Shown: piece after piece, positions 1 through 11,484 of the stretch | Layout of the letters: each line of letters opens with the position of its first letter | How positions within the stretch are numbered: position 1 is the stretch's first letter | Origin: Octopus sinensis | Lineage: Eukaryota | DNA length: 36,326 bases | Direction of reading: 5' to 3' | Assembly (NCBI RefSeq): GCF_006345805.1 | Contig: NW_021826200.1 | Coordinates: 1 to 36,326 of the forward strand | The notes under the pieces: model-generated | Seen by the model: the letters and a program-made list of their open reading frames with translations, nothing else | What the model was told of the DNA's origin: nothing | The model's database searches: none | Position numbers and translations under genes: made by a program

Positions 1-167
1 TTTCAAAAGTGTATATTGACAAACATTTTGTGCTTAAAAGTCGTGCAACAACATCCACTGTAAACCTTTGATAAATATCGACACAAAATTTTGCCCCTTG
101 TGGGAAAAATTTAAAAGAAAAAATTCTCATAGCCTTCGTGGTTTCATTTAGCCATTTTATTTCCAAA

Positions 168-2250
168 ATGGCCACTGGCCACCACGAGGCTGAGGTGCAA
201 GTCAGCGTGACGCAGAAACAGAAAACAGGATGCTCTGTTAGCATACGCCGAACCTGACAACTCCACCACCATCAACAGCAACAAATACAAAACAAAGGTC
301 GCAAGGCCAAGCACCGTCAACACCATCAGTGAGTCCACCACCACCAACACCATGGCAGAATCTGCTACTAAAACTGCTATCCCTACTAAAGATATCGCCA
401 CCAATAACAATACCAACATCACCATCACCGCCACCAAAGACCGTGCCGTCAATGCTACTAATACTACTAACACCACCGCCGTCACCAAGAACGACAATAA
501 CAACAACAACGACGACAACAACAATTCCCTTCAACCACTGCTCACTCCATCACCAACAAGTGAAAAAATAACGACGACAAGCAACGAAATGTCGAATTTT
601 GCCCTAGTGCAGGACTAAAGTACGCAGCAATTCTCCACCCCTTCCTACTTGCACAATCGAAACAAAACAACCAATTTTACAAACTGCAGCCAACAACAAC
701 ATCACCACAAGCAACAACAATAACAAAACAACAAACAAATTCGCTGAGGCGATTAAGAAAAAAAAACAACAATATACTTTACGGCTCAACAAATACAGGA
801 CACGAACATTAAAATAACAGAATCAGAAGGTATAGTAAAAATAAACATACCAGAAGACATTTGGAAATGAAAAAAGACGAACAATCATTTATAAAATAGT
901 TAACAAAAAACAAAAATCCCAGAGAAGGCCAACACAAGCAAAATAGAGAAGTGCTTGAAACCCATCTGGATCACAAAGAATATGTAACCTGGTGGAACAA
1001 ATTTGCCCACATACAAGTTGTTTTCTACACCGAAGAGTTAGCTAGACATTTCTCAACGCTAACTCTTCACTCAGATGAACTCCAACTTACACCAAGCTAT
1101 CGGGGACAGAAAGTGACTAAGATCACTCTAAACAATGTCCCCAAAATAGCCAATAGTCTATGGCTTGTAAAGGCCTTATGCGTAAAAATGGCGAATTATA
1201 CTATTTTGGAAACCACAGTCACAGAGCATAAAAACTGGGTGGGAAAAAAAGTAGAATTTCTTCTACATATACATCATGAAGATAAAAAAAATAACCCACC
1301 CAGATATGTGTATCAGACGACCACAAGTTATATGTGGTCGTCGATGGCAGAAGACCACGTTGCTACATATGCGGCAGTGAGCAACACCTAAAAAAAGACT
1401 GCAAATCTGCCGCAAGAAAACAACAGCAACAACAACAGCAGCCGGAAACAAAAACAAATAAACAAGGTTTACTACCCACACCACTTTTTGCAGGAACAAA
1501 CCTCACCAAACAAACAACCACACCAACTGCAGCACCAAGAACAGAAGCAGCATCACCAACACAACAACCAAGAATATACCAACTCCCAAACCAAGGACAT
1601 CTGCCAAAAAGACACCCAGCAAAAATGAAGAAACAATTACAACTCCAAATCCCCACAAAATTGAGACTCTAAAACCACACAACAATACATACACATCAAA
1701 CACAAAATACCCAACCACATCCAAAACCGCATACACCACAACCCGAATAACCCAATACTTTCCCTCTTCCAGACTCCGATTCGTCTGATCTGTCATTAGA
1801 CGAAGAAGACACGGAAGATTGGCAAATAGCCACAGGGGGGAGAAGAAAAAGGGGAAAAAAAGAAAAGAAAAAATAACAAACAAAGCGGGAAGATACACCC
1901 ACCCGAAACAAAAACATCCACAGAAAACACACACATCAACACAAAACACCATCATCAAACCCCCAAAAATGTTGACAGCCATAAACACAAAACAACCACG
2001 ACCTAATGGAACACATTAGGTCAAACACTAACATTACTGAAAACGACATAAAACAAGTAACCACCCACACAAAACACCACCACAACACATTAAAATAATA
2101 CACGTGACACAGAACACATACAGCACCCTGAAATCTCTTTACCCTGATGCAGTAGGGAGATTTAAAAGTACTCATCGAAAAAAACTGTATAAAAGCCTCA
2201 TAGAAGAAGACCGTGAGGTGAAAGACAAAGAACTTTCAAAAAACAAGTAA
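168..2250 (+). pseudogene. Tx1-type ORF1 (gag-like nucleic-acid-binding protein), frameshifted
   Basis: ATG in aaaATGg context at 168; Thr/Asn/Gln-rich low-complexity segments; globular segment 951-1330; CX2CX4HX4C knuckle CYICGSEQHLKKDC at 1361-1402; acidic then basic stretch (DSDSSDLSLDEEDTEDWQIATGGRRKRGKK); TAA at 2248-2250. Pieces lie in different frames. Start codon is inferred. Confidence 0.72.
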
Positions 2251-2291
2251 CCTTTTCTCTCTCCTTTTCCTTTTTGCACTTTTATCGGAAC

Positions 2292-5200
2292 ATGCTCAGA
2301 ATAGGTAGTATAAATGTACGTGGCTTGGGGTCGCCTTGGAAACAAGGCTACCTGTTAAATGACATCAAGTCACTAAATCTGAATATCATAGCCATCAGTG
2401 AGACCAGACTCCACAGCTTGCGGGCACTCCAGCACAGTTTTCGGTACACATTTCAACATTTATTTTTCTCCGTGTCTACCGAGAATGGGGCGGAGGTGGC
2501 ACCGCGGTGCTTATCCGGAAGAGTCTGGATCTCAAAGTAAGAGCAAATTTCCTAGACCCGGAGGGTAGGTTGGTCGTTTTAGATGTCGATGGCAGCAATG
2601 AGTGTGCTTTTCGACTGATAGCAGTTTATGCTCCGTCCTTAACAGGCCGACCAGATTTCTTTCGACGTCTAGAGTCTTTCATGGGAACGTCTCGTCCTTT
2701 ACTTTTAGTGGGGGATTGGAATGCCCCTGGACACGCATCTAGACTACGTGGGCAGAGATAGCAATAGAAGGGATGCAATGCCTCAAAGACCTGCTCAGAC
2801 GTTTCCAACTGTCTGACAGGTACCGACTGGACCACCCGAATGTGCCAATGTGGACATGGAGTAACCGCATCGGGTCGTCCAGATCATACTTAGATAGAGT
2901 ATTCTGTAGGACAATAGATAAAAATAGTGTAGGTTGTCCACAATTTCATATAGTCAGTTACACAGATCACAAGTTTGTGACTTGTACACTTGACTTAGAT
3001 AAGACACATAGGCAGGGTCCTGGTTACTGGAAACTGAACGCGCCTTTTACAGCACGACAGGTTTACAGGGACCGGATCAGCACATTAGTTAAGAGAGCTT
3101 TGACGGTACCATCATCAACAACAGATGGTGTATGCCCTAAAAAAAGCGATTAAAGCAGAATCAGTCAGATACAGTAGAGCCCTAGCATTAGACCGAAATA
3201 GAATAGAGGGAGATTTAGTTAAGGTTTTAGAAGAGGCACTTAGAACTGGCATCGCGTCAACGTACTGGCGGCGAGATTGGCCCTCGACCAACACCTCAAC
3301 GCCAAACACGAGAGGGATGCGTTGTCAGAGCTAGGATGCGTGCTCTGAGGAACGAAGGAGTTGGAGCCGCCCAAGAGGCCCGAGTGGTGGAGACGCAACG
3401 AGGCAACAGAGCCACCATCAAGTCTCTTATAGATGAACAGGGGCGCGAATTGCTCGAGCCTAAAAGGATGTGTGGGGTTTTTCAACAACACTTCACCCAA
3501 CTGTTTGGGACAAGTGGTGAGTCAGAAAGCAGAGTGGACTTTAGTGCCTACCTGCATGCCTGCCACGACTCTCAGCAAGGGAGGTGGAGTCTTGTGAAAA
3601 GCCTATCACAGCTGCGGACGTACAGGATGCGATGGTAGGCTGCGCGAGAGACAAGTCACCAGGCTTGGATGGTCTGCCCTACGAATTTTATTTTCATATG
3701 CCAGACTTGTTTGGAGGCGTCTTGGCAGCTGTCTACTGCAACTGGCAGCAGAACGGAGTATTCCTGCTTTTGTAAAGCGAGGAGCAGTGGCACTGATCAA
3801 GAAAGACCCAAACAAGGGGGACGTCATAGATAATTTCAGGCCCATCACTCTGCTCAACGCAGATTTGAAAATTTTGGCCAAGGTGTTAGCCGAGAGGTTG
3901 GCGCTTGTCATCAAGAAACTAATCGACAAGGCGCAAACATGCGCCGTGCCGGGTAGAAGTATTCATGACAACCTCCATCTGATGCGCTACATCATAGACA
4001 GGGTAGTTAAAAATCCTGGCATGGGTGGGGCGCTGATCAATTTGGATCAATCAAAAGCCTTCGGTACTTGGAGGCTGTCCTCAAAGCGGCTGGTTTCGGT
4101 CCAGTTTTCCGCGGTTGGATCGCTGCCTTATACAGCGGCATCCGCTCAGTAGTTCGCGTAAATGGTCATCTATCCAGACCTTTTAACATCATGCGTTCGG
4201 TTCGTCAGGGATGCCCCCTCTCATCGCTGCTGTATGTACTGACTCTTGAGCCACTACTGCGGAAACTGGCGACGCTGAGGGGCATCCCACGAGAGCTGGG
4301 ATGCGGGAGGAGCGTGTCTGCATACGCGGATGACGTCACCGTCATAGTGTCGAGCTACGAGCACATCGAGCTGGTCGGCGAGACACTGAAAGAATACGAA
4401 GCGGTAACGGGAGCAAAAATTAACCGGGAAAAGTCAGTGGGCTTGCGGCTCGGCACCTGGAGAAGCAAGCCCATGCCGTCCAACAGCGTCTCCATCGTGG
4501 GACGCTGGACGGACGGACCGGTTAAATTGCTCGGGGTCTGGTTCGGTCCGGACCTCCAAATGGAGAAGAACTGGGGCGAGATAACGACTAGGGTGGCTAC
4601 TCTCACCCAGAAATGGACTGAGAGAAAGCTATCCCTAAAAGGTCGGGCGGAGGTGGCGAACGCGTACATCGCATCCGTCATCGAGTATCGTCTGACCGTC
4701 GTGCCTTGTCCCGACCCTACCATCACCAAACTGGAACGCATACTCTTCCGCTTCTTGTGGAAGGGAAACGTTCCGATGGTTAGGCGATCCATTTGCTGCC
4801 AACACCCGCTAAATGGAGGGCTGGGCATGCCGTGGTTGATGATGCGCAGACATGCGCTGAGACTGCGACATCTCCGGCGCTTCATAGACAACGGTGAACA
4901 GGGGTGGTCGCCTTTTGTGCGGCGCGCTTTCCCGCAGCTCGTCTCCTTGGACGAACTACAGTCATGGATCAAGCAGAGACCGAGGCTAGGCGAATGGCAC
5001 CGCGAGTGTCGCGTTGCTCTCAAGCAACTCTGCCGTCCAGGATCGAACTTGTGCGACTCCATCACAACAAAGGCATTCTATAGAGGATTAGTGGAGGGGG
5101 GTGCGACGACGAACTCGGGCAGAGTCTGGGCGTCGACGAGGAACACCTGACCCGCCTGTTCAGGACAACTTTCGGGCCGGGACCTATAAACAATCACCAA

Positions 5201-5707
5201 AGATCCCTGGCCTGGCAGTGCTATCGAGAAGCATTACCTGTTCGGGATAAGCTCTACAGACACGGTTCCAGACAAACTGGACCGACTTGCCCGAGATGCG
5301 GCCAGAGCGACGAAACCGTTCTGCACGCACTCGTGCAATGTCCAACCATTTCCGACCTGTGGGCTTATGCCGAACGGCTGCTGTCACGTGTGGGACGATT
5401 CCGCCTATCGGCCGAGTCTATCGTGAGAATTGCTCCGCCCCCTTCCCTCAACCGGGAAGGCAAGGCAGTTTTCATCGTACTGGTGGCCATGGTGAAAGAA
5501 TGTGTGTGGTGGACTCGAGCGAAAGGATTAGAGACAAACACTTACCTCTCTGGCCAATCGCTCATCAACTTTTTCAAGTACCACTTGAAAAGGAAGGTGA
5601 GAATGGAGAGGGAAGTTTTGTCTCGCGAAAGATTCAAAAAAAGATGGGTGAATGTTGCAAAGATGGTGCGTGCTAGTAACGAAACCATTTTGAGCATGAT
5701 CCTGTAG
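2292..5707 (+). pseudogene. Tx1/L1 ORF2: APE endonuclease + reverse transcriptase + C-terminal zinc motif, multiple frameshifts
   Basis: APE: MLRIGSINVRG, ISET, VYAP, GDWNA, YLDRVF, TDH. RT: KSPGLDG, NFRPITLLNADLKILAKVL, LDQSKAF (truncated by a deletion), VRQGCPLS, YADDV, KLLGVWF. C-terminal CPRCGQSDETVLHALVQC from 5288. TAG at 5705-5707. Confidence 0.93.
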
Positions 5708-6007
5708 ATCGTAAAAAAGAAAGAAAGAGAGCATTTTGATCTCATGTGTTTATTTCCTCCCTGACTGGGGTTCCCGTGGTCTTTTCTGTAGGCTTTTCTT
5801 CCCACGGATGAACCCAATCTTGTTATATCAATGTTTACACCATTATTTCTGTGATGCACGATTTTCTTTTTTTCCTTTTTTTCCTCCTCTCGATCCCTTT
5901 TGATCGCAATCTTACATTTTTTATTTTTTTCCACCCTCGAAAAGAAAAGCTCTGCATTTGTATTTGTCCCCTCTGTATTCAGCCCTGTGTGGCTAATAAA
6001 AGAAAGT

Positions 6008-6040
6008 TATCTATCTCATCTATCTATCTATCTATCTATA

Positions 6041-6104
<64 letters not shown>
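6008..6104. repeat. (TATC)n tetranucleotide tract abutting the LINE 3' end
   Basis: About 24 TATC units starting 8 nt after AATAAA, followed by (TA)n. Confidence 0.95.
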
Positions 6105-6106
<2 letters not shown>

Positions 6107-6164
6107 ATATATATATATACATACTGCCTAAAAATTGCTTGAGCTTGATATATACATGTACAGT

Positions 6165-6736
6165 GTACATATGTGTGTGTGTATGAATGTGTGCCTAAAT
6201 ATATGTTTGTATTCATGCAGGTTGTGTATGTGTGTGTGTGTGTGTGTGTGCGTGCGCTTGTGATGTATCTGTGCATGTGACTGTTCGTGCATCAAGAGAA
6301 TATTCTCGTAGGATGACAGACAGCGGAATAGTTTCGCTTTTCGCTTTTCGCTTCTCATTTTTTTAAATAATTTACCCACGGGGTCTGTAGCAGCACCCAC
6401 GATTACATCTCATCAACGGCGAAACCTCTCTGTGTGGTCGATTAGACAGGAGGACGCACTGTCGCACAATACATGTGCACATACGCACACACACACCCAC
6501 ACACACACGCGCGCGCGCGCGCGCACTCGCATGCACACACACATACACACGCATACTCACCCCGTGCTCTATGTCTTGCCTCCCCTCTCTTTCTTTGTCT
6601 TATACGGTGCCAAAGTGGCGCAGGAATCCGAAATCTGTCCCGCCTTTTAGAATTGAAATCTCCTCCATCAAGCCGACATCAAATTTCCTATTCTGAAAAA
6701 AAACCCCAAGAAAAACTAATAATAATAATATTAATT

Positions 6737-6797
<61 letters not shown>

Positions 6798-7239
6798 GTA
6801 TTATGTAGATATACACACACATACACACATACACACACACACATATATATATATTCATGTGTATATTTATGTATAAATATACACTTACATATATATACAC
6901 ATATATATATATATATATATATCATGTATATATATATATATATATATATAAGTATATGTATATACACACACACACACACCACACACACACACATATATAT
7001 ATATATTATATACACACACACATATACATATATACATATATATATATTGTAAAAGAAAAAAGTATAGTTGCTTTAAAACACCATCTCCACAACCTTTAAT
7101 AAGGAACAAACGGTTTTTCCGTCAAAATCGAAAATGGACAAAAAGAATACAATGGAATAAATAAATAAATAAATAAATTACATCCAGTATTATAAATAAA
7201 TCAATCAATGAGCAAAGGATGTGAGTGAGTGTGTGTGTG

Positions 7240-7301
<62 letters not shown>

Positions 7302-7540
7302 GATGTATTTTGTTTAGGGAGGTGGATGTGGAAATGACGTCACCAGAGATGCGGTCGGGGCCGAAAGCTATCTGAAGGTTTTGTTGATTATTTTCTTTTT
7401 TCTGGATGTGCATATTATGTCTTTCGTTGGTGCGTGTCTATGTTTGTGTGTATGTGTGTGAGTGTGCGTGCGTGCGTCTGAATGTGTAAATGCATACACA
7501 CACACACAGCTATTACATATATGTGTGTATATATATGTAT

Positions 7541-7574
<34 letters not shown>

Positions 7575-7606
7575 GTACACACATATGTGTATATGTATGT
7601 GTTATA

Positions 7607-7637
<31 letters not shown>

Positions 7638-7658
7638 ATAATATATATATATATATAT

Positions 7659-7700
<42 letters not shown>

Positions 7701-8030
7701 CTACATGTATGTATGTACATGTGTGTATATAAAAGTATGTCTATGAACTTGAGGAAATACCCTTCTGTACATACATCCATATATGTATGTATGCATGTAT
7801 GTATGAATGTATGTATGTATGTATGTATGTATATATATATATACATACATACATGACCATATATATACACAGATATACTTATATATAGATATATACGTAT
7901 ACATACACGCATACATACTTACATCATACATACATACATCATACACACACACCCTCATATATTATACACTCACTCATACATACACACACACAAACACTCC
8001 CAGAGTTATTCTGCGAACAAAACATATATA
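6165..8030. repeat. Compound microsatellite field: (TG)n, (CA)n/(CG)n, (TA)n, (AAAT)n, (GA)n, (TACA)n with short unique spacers
   Basis: Direct inspection; (CG)8 at 6508-6524, (GA)n at 7243-7300. Confidence 0.92.
7335..7342. promoter_or_regulatory. Perfect CRE/ATF palindrome TGACGTCA (function unproven)
   Basis: GGAAATGACGTCA in a small CpG-containing unique patch about 35 bp from a (GA)n tract; motif match only. Confidence 0.22.
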
Positions 8031-8356
8031 ATAACCACCAAATGTATAAATACATCTAAATAATTTAATCAATTTTTTTCCAAGATCTTTTACTACACAA
8101 CTGAGAAATTTTCTGGGATTGCTTCGCAACTGCTTTGTCTTGCTATTTATGTCTGGCATTTATATGTAATATCAATAACTGCTGAAATTTCACGGTTATT
8201 TTGAAAAGCTAAAAGATTGCTGAACGTTTACAGAGAACCATGAAATGCGTAAATTATTTGGAAAAGAATTTTTTCTCTGAATCGTTTCATAATGGATTTG
8301 CTGTTACGTCCGTTATTGTAGTACTGAAAGGAAATCTTTGGAACTCATGGTTTTTG

Positions 8357-8505
8357 TTATAGAATTACGTTGATAGATTGTTTTTTGGTACTGTTTTTAA
8401 TGTTTATGTGGAGAAGTGAACAGGATCTAGTCAGAGCTACAAAGAATTGTCCATGAGAAAATATTGGATCACGTTGCGCTTCTTTTCTGATTACACTAAG
8501 TGAGA
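8357..8505 (-). pseudogene. Helitron/Pif1-type helicase C-terminal motif remnant
   Basis: Minus-strand frame reads RDPIFSHGQFFVALTR (core 8426-8461), matching the Pif1/Helitron motif FSHGQLYVALSR at 9 of 12 positions. Upstream sequence is replaced by (TG)n. Confidence 0.5.
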
Positions 8506-8630
8506 CACGCTCACACACATACACACACACACACACACACGCACACACACGCACACACATACACACACACACAGAGATGCATGCACACAAAAAGGCATAC
8601 GCACGTGTATGTGTACATGTATGCATATAT

Positions 8631-8701
8631 ACCACATGTTTCCGAGTTCAGTCCCACTGCGTGGCACCCTGAGCAAGTGTCTTCTACTATAACCTCAGGC
8701 C
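8631..8701 (+). mobile_element. SINE family 1 (tRNA-derived, CORE-type) internal fragment
   Basis: B-box-like GTTCAGTCCC plus GTGGCACCCTGAGCAAGTGTCTT, matching the full copies at 16690 and 32805. Confidence 0.8.
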
Positions 8702-8900
8702 CTTCATTTTTCAAGGGTCGAAGCAGTCGATAAAAAAATGCGACGGGGGAGTATTGGTTGTTTTAATCGCTTACCGATCAGTGCCATCATGCGTCCTGCT
8801 AACATGATACCCGTGTAACCGTGGAGCTCTGATAATAGGTGAAGTGACGTACTAGTTGATGGCTACTAACAGCTATCGATACTGCTTTATTTATCTCGTT

Positions 8901-8984
8901 GGGCAGGAGATTGGCAGAACCGTTAGAGAGTCAGTATATTTTCCGTTTAATTATATTTTGAGTTCAAATCTTGTCAAAGTCAAC
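8901..8984 (+). mobile_element. SINE family 2, old degenerate 5' fragment
   Basis: TTGGCAGAACCGTTAG ... GAGTTCAAATC ... AAAGTCAAC resembles the family 2 head. Confidence 0.5.
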
Positions 8985-9097
8985 GAGGTTATTTATAGCG
9001 CAAATTAAACCTCACTTGCCCGGCAGATTTGATGGCACGTAACGGCTATTTGAATATATTTTTTGGTTCCATATTCAAATCACCGTTCCAAACCACC

Positions 9098-9520
9098 GAA
9101 TCGTTAGCACGCCGGGTAATATGCTTAGCGGCATTTCGTCCCTCTTTACGTTCTGAGTTTAAACTCCAGTGTGGTCGACTTGTCATCCTTAGGGGCTTCG
9201 ATAAAATAGGTACCTATTTCTTTACTACCCACAAGGGGCTAAACACAGATAGGACAAACAAGGACAGACAAACGGATTAAGTCGATTACATCGACCCCAG
9301 TGCGTAACTGGTACTTAATTTATCGACCCCGAAAAGATGAAAGGCAAAGTCGACCTCGGCGGAATTTGAACTCAGAACGTAACGACAGACGAAATACCGC
9401 TAAGCATTTCGCACGGCGTGCTAACGATTCTACCAGCTCGCCGCTTTTAATAAAATTAAAATAGGTACCGTTTGAGTACTGGGGCTGATGTAATCGATTT
9501 AGTCCCTCCAAAATTTTGAG
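9098..9520 (+). mobile_element. SINE family 2, older copy interrupted by a younger antisense copy
   Basis: 5' part 9098-9214 and 3' part 9457-9520 are colinear with the family 2 sequence; TAAAATAGGTACC is duplicated at 9202-9214 and 9457-9469. Confidence 0.75.
9213..9444 (-). mobile_element. SINE family 2 (tRNA-derived), young full-length copy
   Basis: Minus strand: A-box-like CTGGTAGAATCG, B-box GAGTTCAAATTCC, body, 3' end GTAAAGAAATAGG; near-identical to copies at 15685, 28786 and 30209. Confidence 0.9.
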
Positions 9521-9962
9521 CACAATTTATTGTGATATTATTATCAGATCAGTAAGGTTCTACAGATGGTTAACACGCTGAGCATTAATTCCCTTCGTGG
9601 ATTAATGACCGAGTTCAAATCCTGCAAGTCAGCTTCGACATTGCTTTTGCTCTCACCTTTGAGCTGCAGGAAACATTCGCTATACTCAGCTCAGTAGACT
9701 ACAGCGGCTCCCAGACATCAAATATGTGTGTGTGTGTAGATACAAATTCTATTTATTCAGTAGAAATTTATACAGGGTCAAAGGGTCACCAAATGACAAA
9801 ACCCAAATAAAGTAGTAGGTAGAGACAACGAAATGATTTTTTGCTCAGTATATTCAAATGTTTTAGCATTTTTTACTATGTTAAGCTTCGGTGGTTTCTT
9901 ACCCCGGCATCTGTGTGGACCCAAATATGCTGGATTAGTGAGACTCAGCCTATGTATATATA

Positions 9963-9999
<37 letters not shown>

Positions 10000-11362
10000 A
10001 TGTGTGTGTGGTGGTGTGTGTGTGTGGTGTGTGTGTGTGTGTGTGTGTGATGTAGTTCCTTTAATCATTTAATGTAGAATACCATATACTTAGCTTATTT
10101 GTTGACCCCTAATTTCATTGATCTCCTTTCTTCTTCTTCCTCCCCTATCATCCACCATAGGTATTTCCTCGTCCAATCTACTCCTTTGATTGAAATCCCT
10201 TAACATAGGCGATCATTCATACGGCCAGTTCATTTAGTGCTAAATCTTTTAATATAAATTTCATTTAATCCCTTATAAATTATTTTAATATAATTCATCC
10301 TACCATTTCATTCGTCGTAAAACTTTCCCATTTAATACTAATTATTGTTTTGTCGCCTTCCCCACGCCCTAAAATACAACGCACAATAATTTGATATCGT
10401 CTGTATAATTACTCTCATTTAGCATAATTAAAATTGTCTAATTTAATTAGTTTAATAAATAGCCATATGCACGGCGAACAAGCAGATTCAAAACGATGGC
10501 TTGCATATTTGCTTTCAATATTCTCTGGAAGATTCGAACGTATTTTTTGCTGACCGATGTTGCGTACTTTCTCTGGAGAATGGCTTTCCCTTTATGACGA
10601 ATGTATGCTCATACCATACTCGATTCATTAGTACAATGGATTGTAAGACACTGGTGTTTCGACATAGTTCTGTCTCGTCAGCCCGAATCATCCCCCGGAT
10701 TAATGAATTTAACACAATTTCAGCGGGCAAGCGCCTTTTATTGTCTTCTCCCTTAAGTTGGCTGATTTTGTTCCTTCTCCATTCTGGTACTCATAACCCA
10801 TCCCTGTCAACTCCTCTTAACCTCATTGTTATGCCCAGGTTTCACGTTGACTAACATATCCAGTCCTTACTCCACACAGCGTTGACCATCTGGAATATTT
10901 TTTCGCTCATCTTGTCATCTTTTGTGTGTTACCTCCAACAGTTTTCTCGACTTTTAACTAAGCATTATGTTTATTCTCGTTTATATCAAGTGTTTGGCTC
11001 CAAAAACAAAAAATAAAAAGGAAGATACTGTGTTTCACGAATCAGTAATAAATGAATAATAAAACATATAGGAAAATAGGTTTCGTTCTGTGACTTCAAG
11101 TTGTTCCCAGCATTGTGGATGGTCACTAGTGCACGCTATTGTAGTCCCAGCAGAGTCTTGACTGATTGCTGACTCGTCTTATCACAGATGAACCTGTGAT
11201 AAACGTAACATGGTTTAACAACTGAGAGTACCATATCATCCCTGATCAATGACGAATGAATCGGTGATAAACGAGCGTAGATATATATATATATATACAA
11301 TCATTTCTCCTCGGAACTTCATCCCTCCGGAATCTCTGCTCTGCGCGCGCATTTCCTTGCAG

Positions 11363-11468
11363 GTGATGACTTGCGACAGCTTAACTCGAATATTAAGGGC
11401 AGCAATCTCACTGGTGTCGGAGGCACTTTAAACGCCATTAGTGCTGTCACTTTCTCCAAATTCATGAA
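11363..11468 (+). CDS. Candidate internal coding exon of an unidentified host gene (106 nt)
   Basis: Acceptor tttccttgcag|G, donor GAA|gtaaga; open frame (G)DDLRQLNSNIKGSNLTGVGGTLNAISAVTFSKFM(K/N); locally GC-richer and non-repetitive. No homologue recognised. Confidence 0.4.
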
Positions 11469-11484
11469 GTAAGAAAACAACAAC

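Larger units (their letters stand above)
168..6008 (+). mobile_element. L1/Tx1-clade non-LTR retrotransposon (ORF1 + APE-RT ORF2 + 3' UTR), decayed; 5' boundary undetermined
   Basis: Two-ORF layout: ORF1 with CCHC knuckle; ORF2 with APE endonuclease, RT and C-terminal Cys/His motif; Tx1-typical GPGYWKLN and GGLG motifs; T-rich 3' UTR with AATAAA at 5995-6000. Confidence 0.9.

Noticed and set aside
144-792. Hydrophobic minus-strand ORFs (poly-V/L, membrane-protein-like)
   Set aside because: They are the antisense of the ACA/AAC-rich LINE ORF1.
4355-5065. 236-aa minus-strand ORF
   Set aside because: Antisense shadow of the GC-balanced RT region; no motif.
6378-6692. Two possible minus-strand exons (6561-6692 with GGG|gtgagt; about 6378-6461 with TGG|gtaaat)
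   Set aside because: The first has stops in all three frames and the second a weak acceptor; such splice motifs are expected by chance in 36 kb.
7343-7380. CAGA...GGCCGAAAGCTATCTG resembling the 3' half of a hammerhead
   Set aside because: No CUGANGA box in the right place and helix II is poor.
8775-8828. 54-nt minus-strand exon candidate (tcag|...TCG|gtaagc)
   Set aside because: Two frames are open but neither peptide is recognisable; too short to support without RNA data.
11179-11202. 9-bp inverted repeat TTATCACAG/CTGTGATAA containing two GATA sites
   Set aside because: Single short palindrome with no supporting context; plausible by chance.
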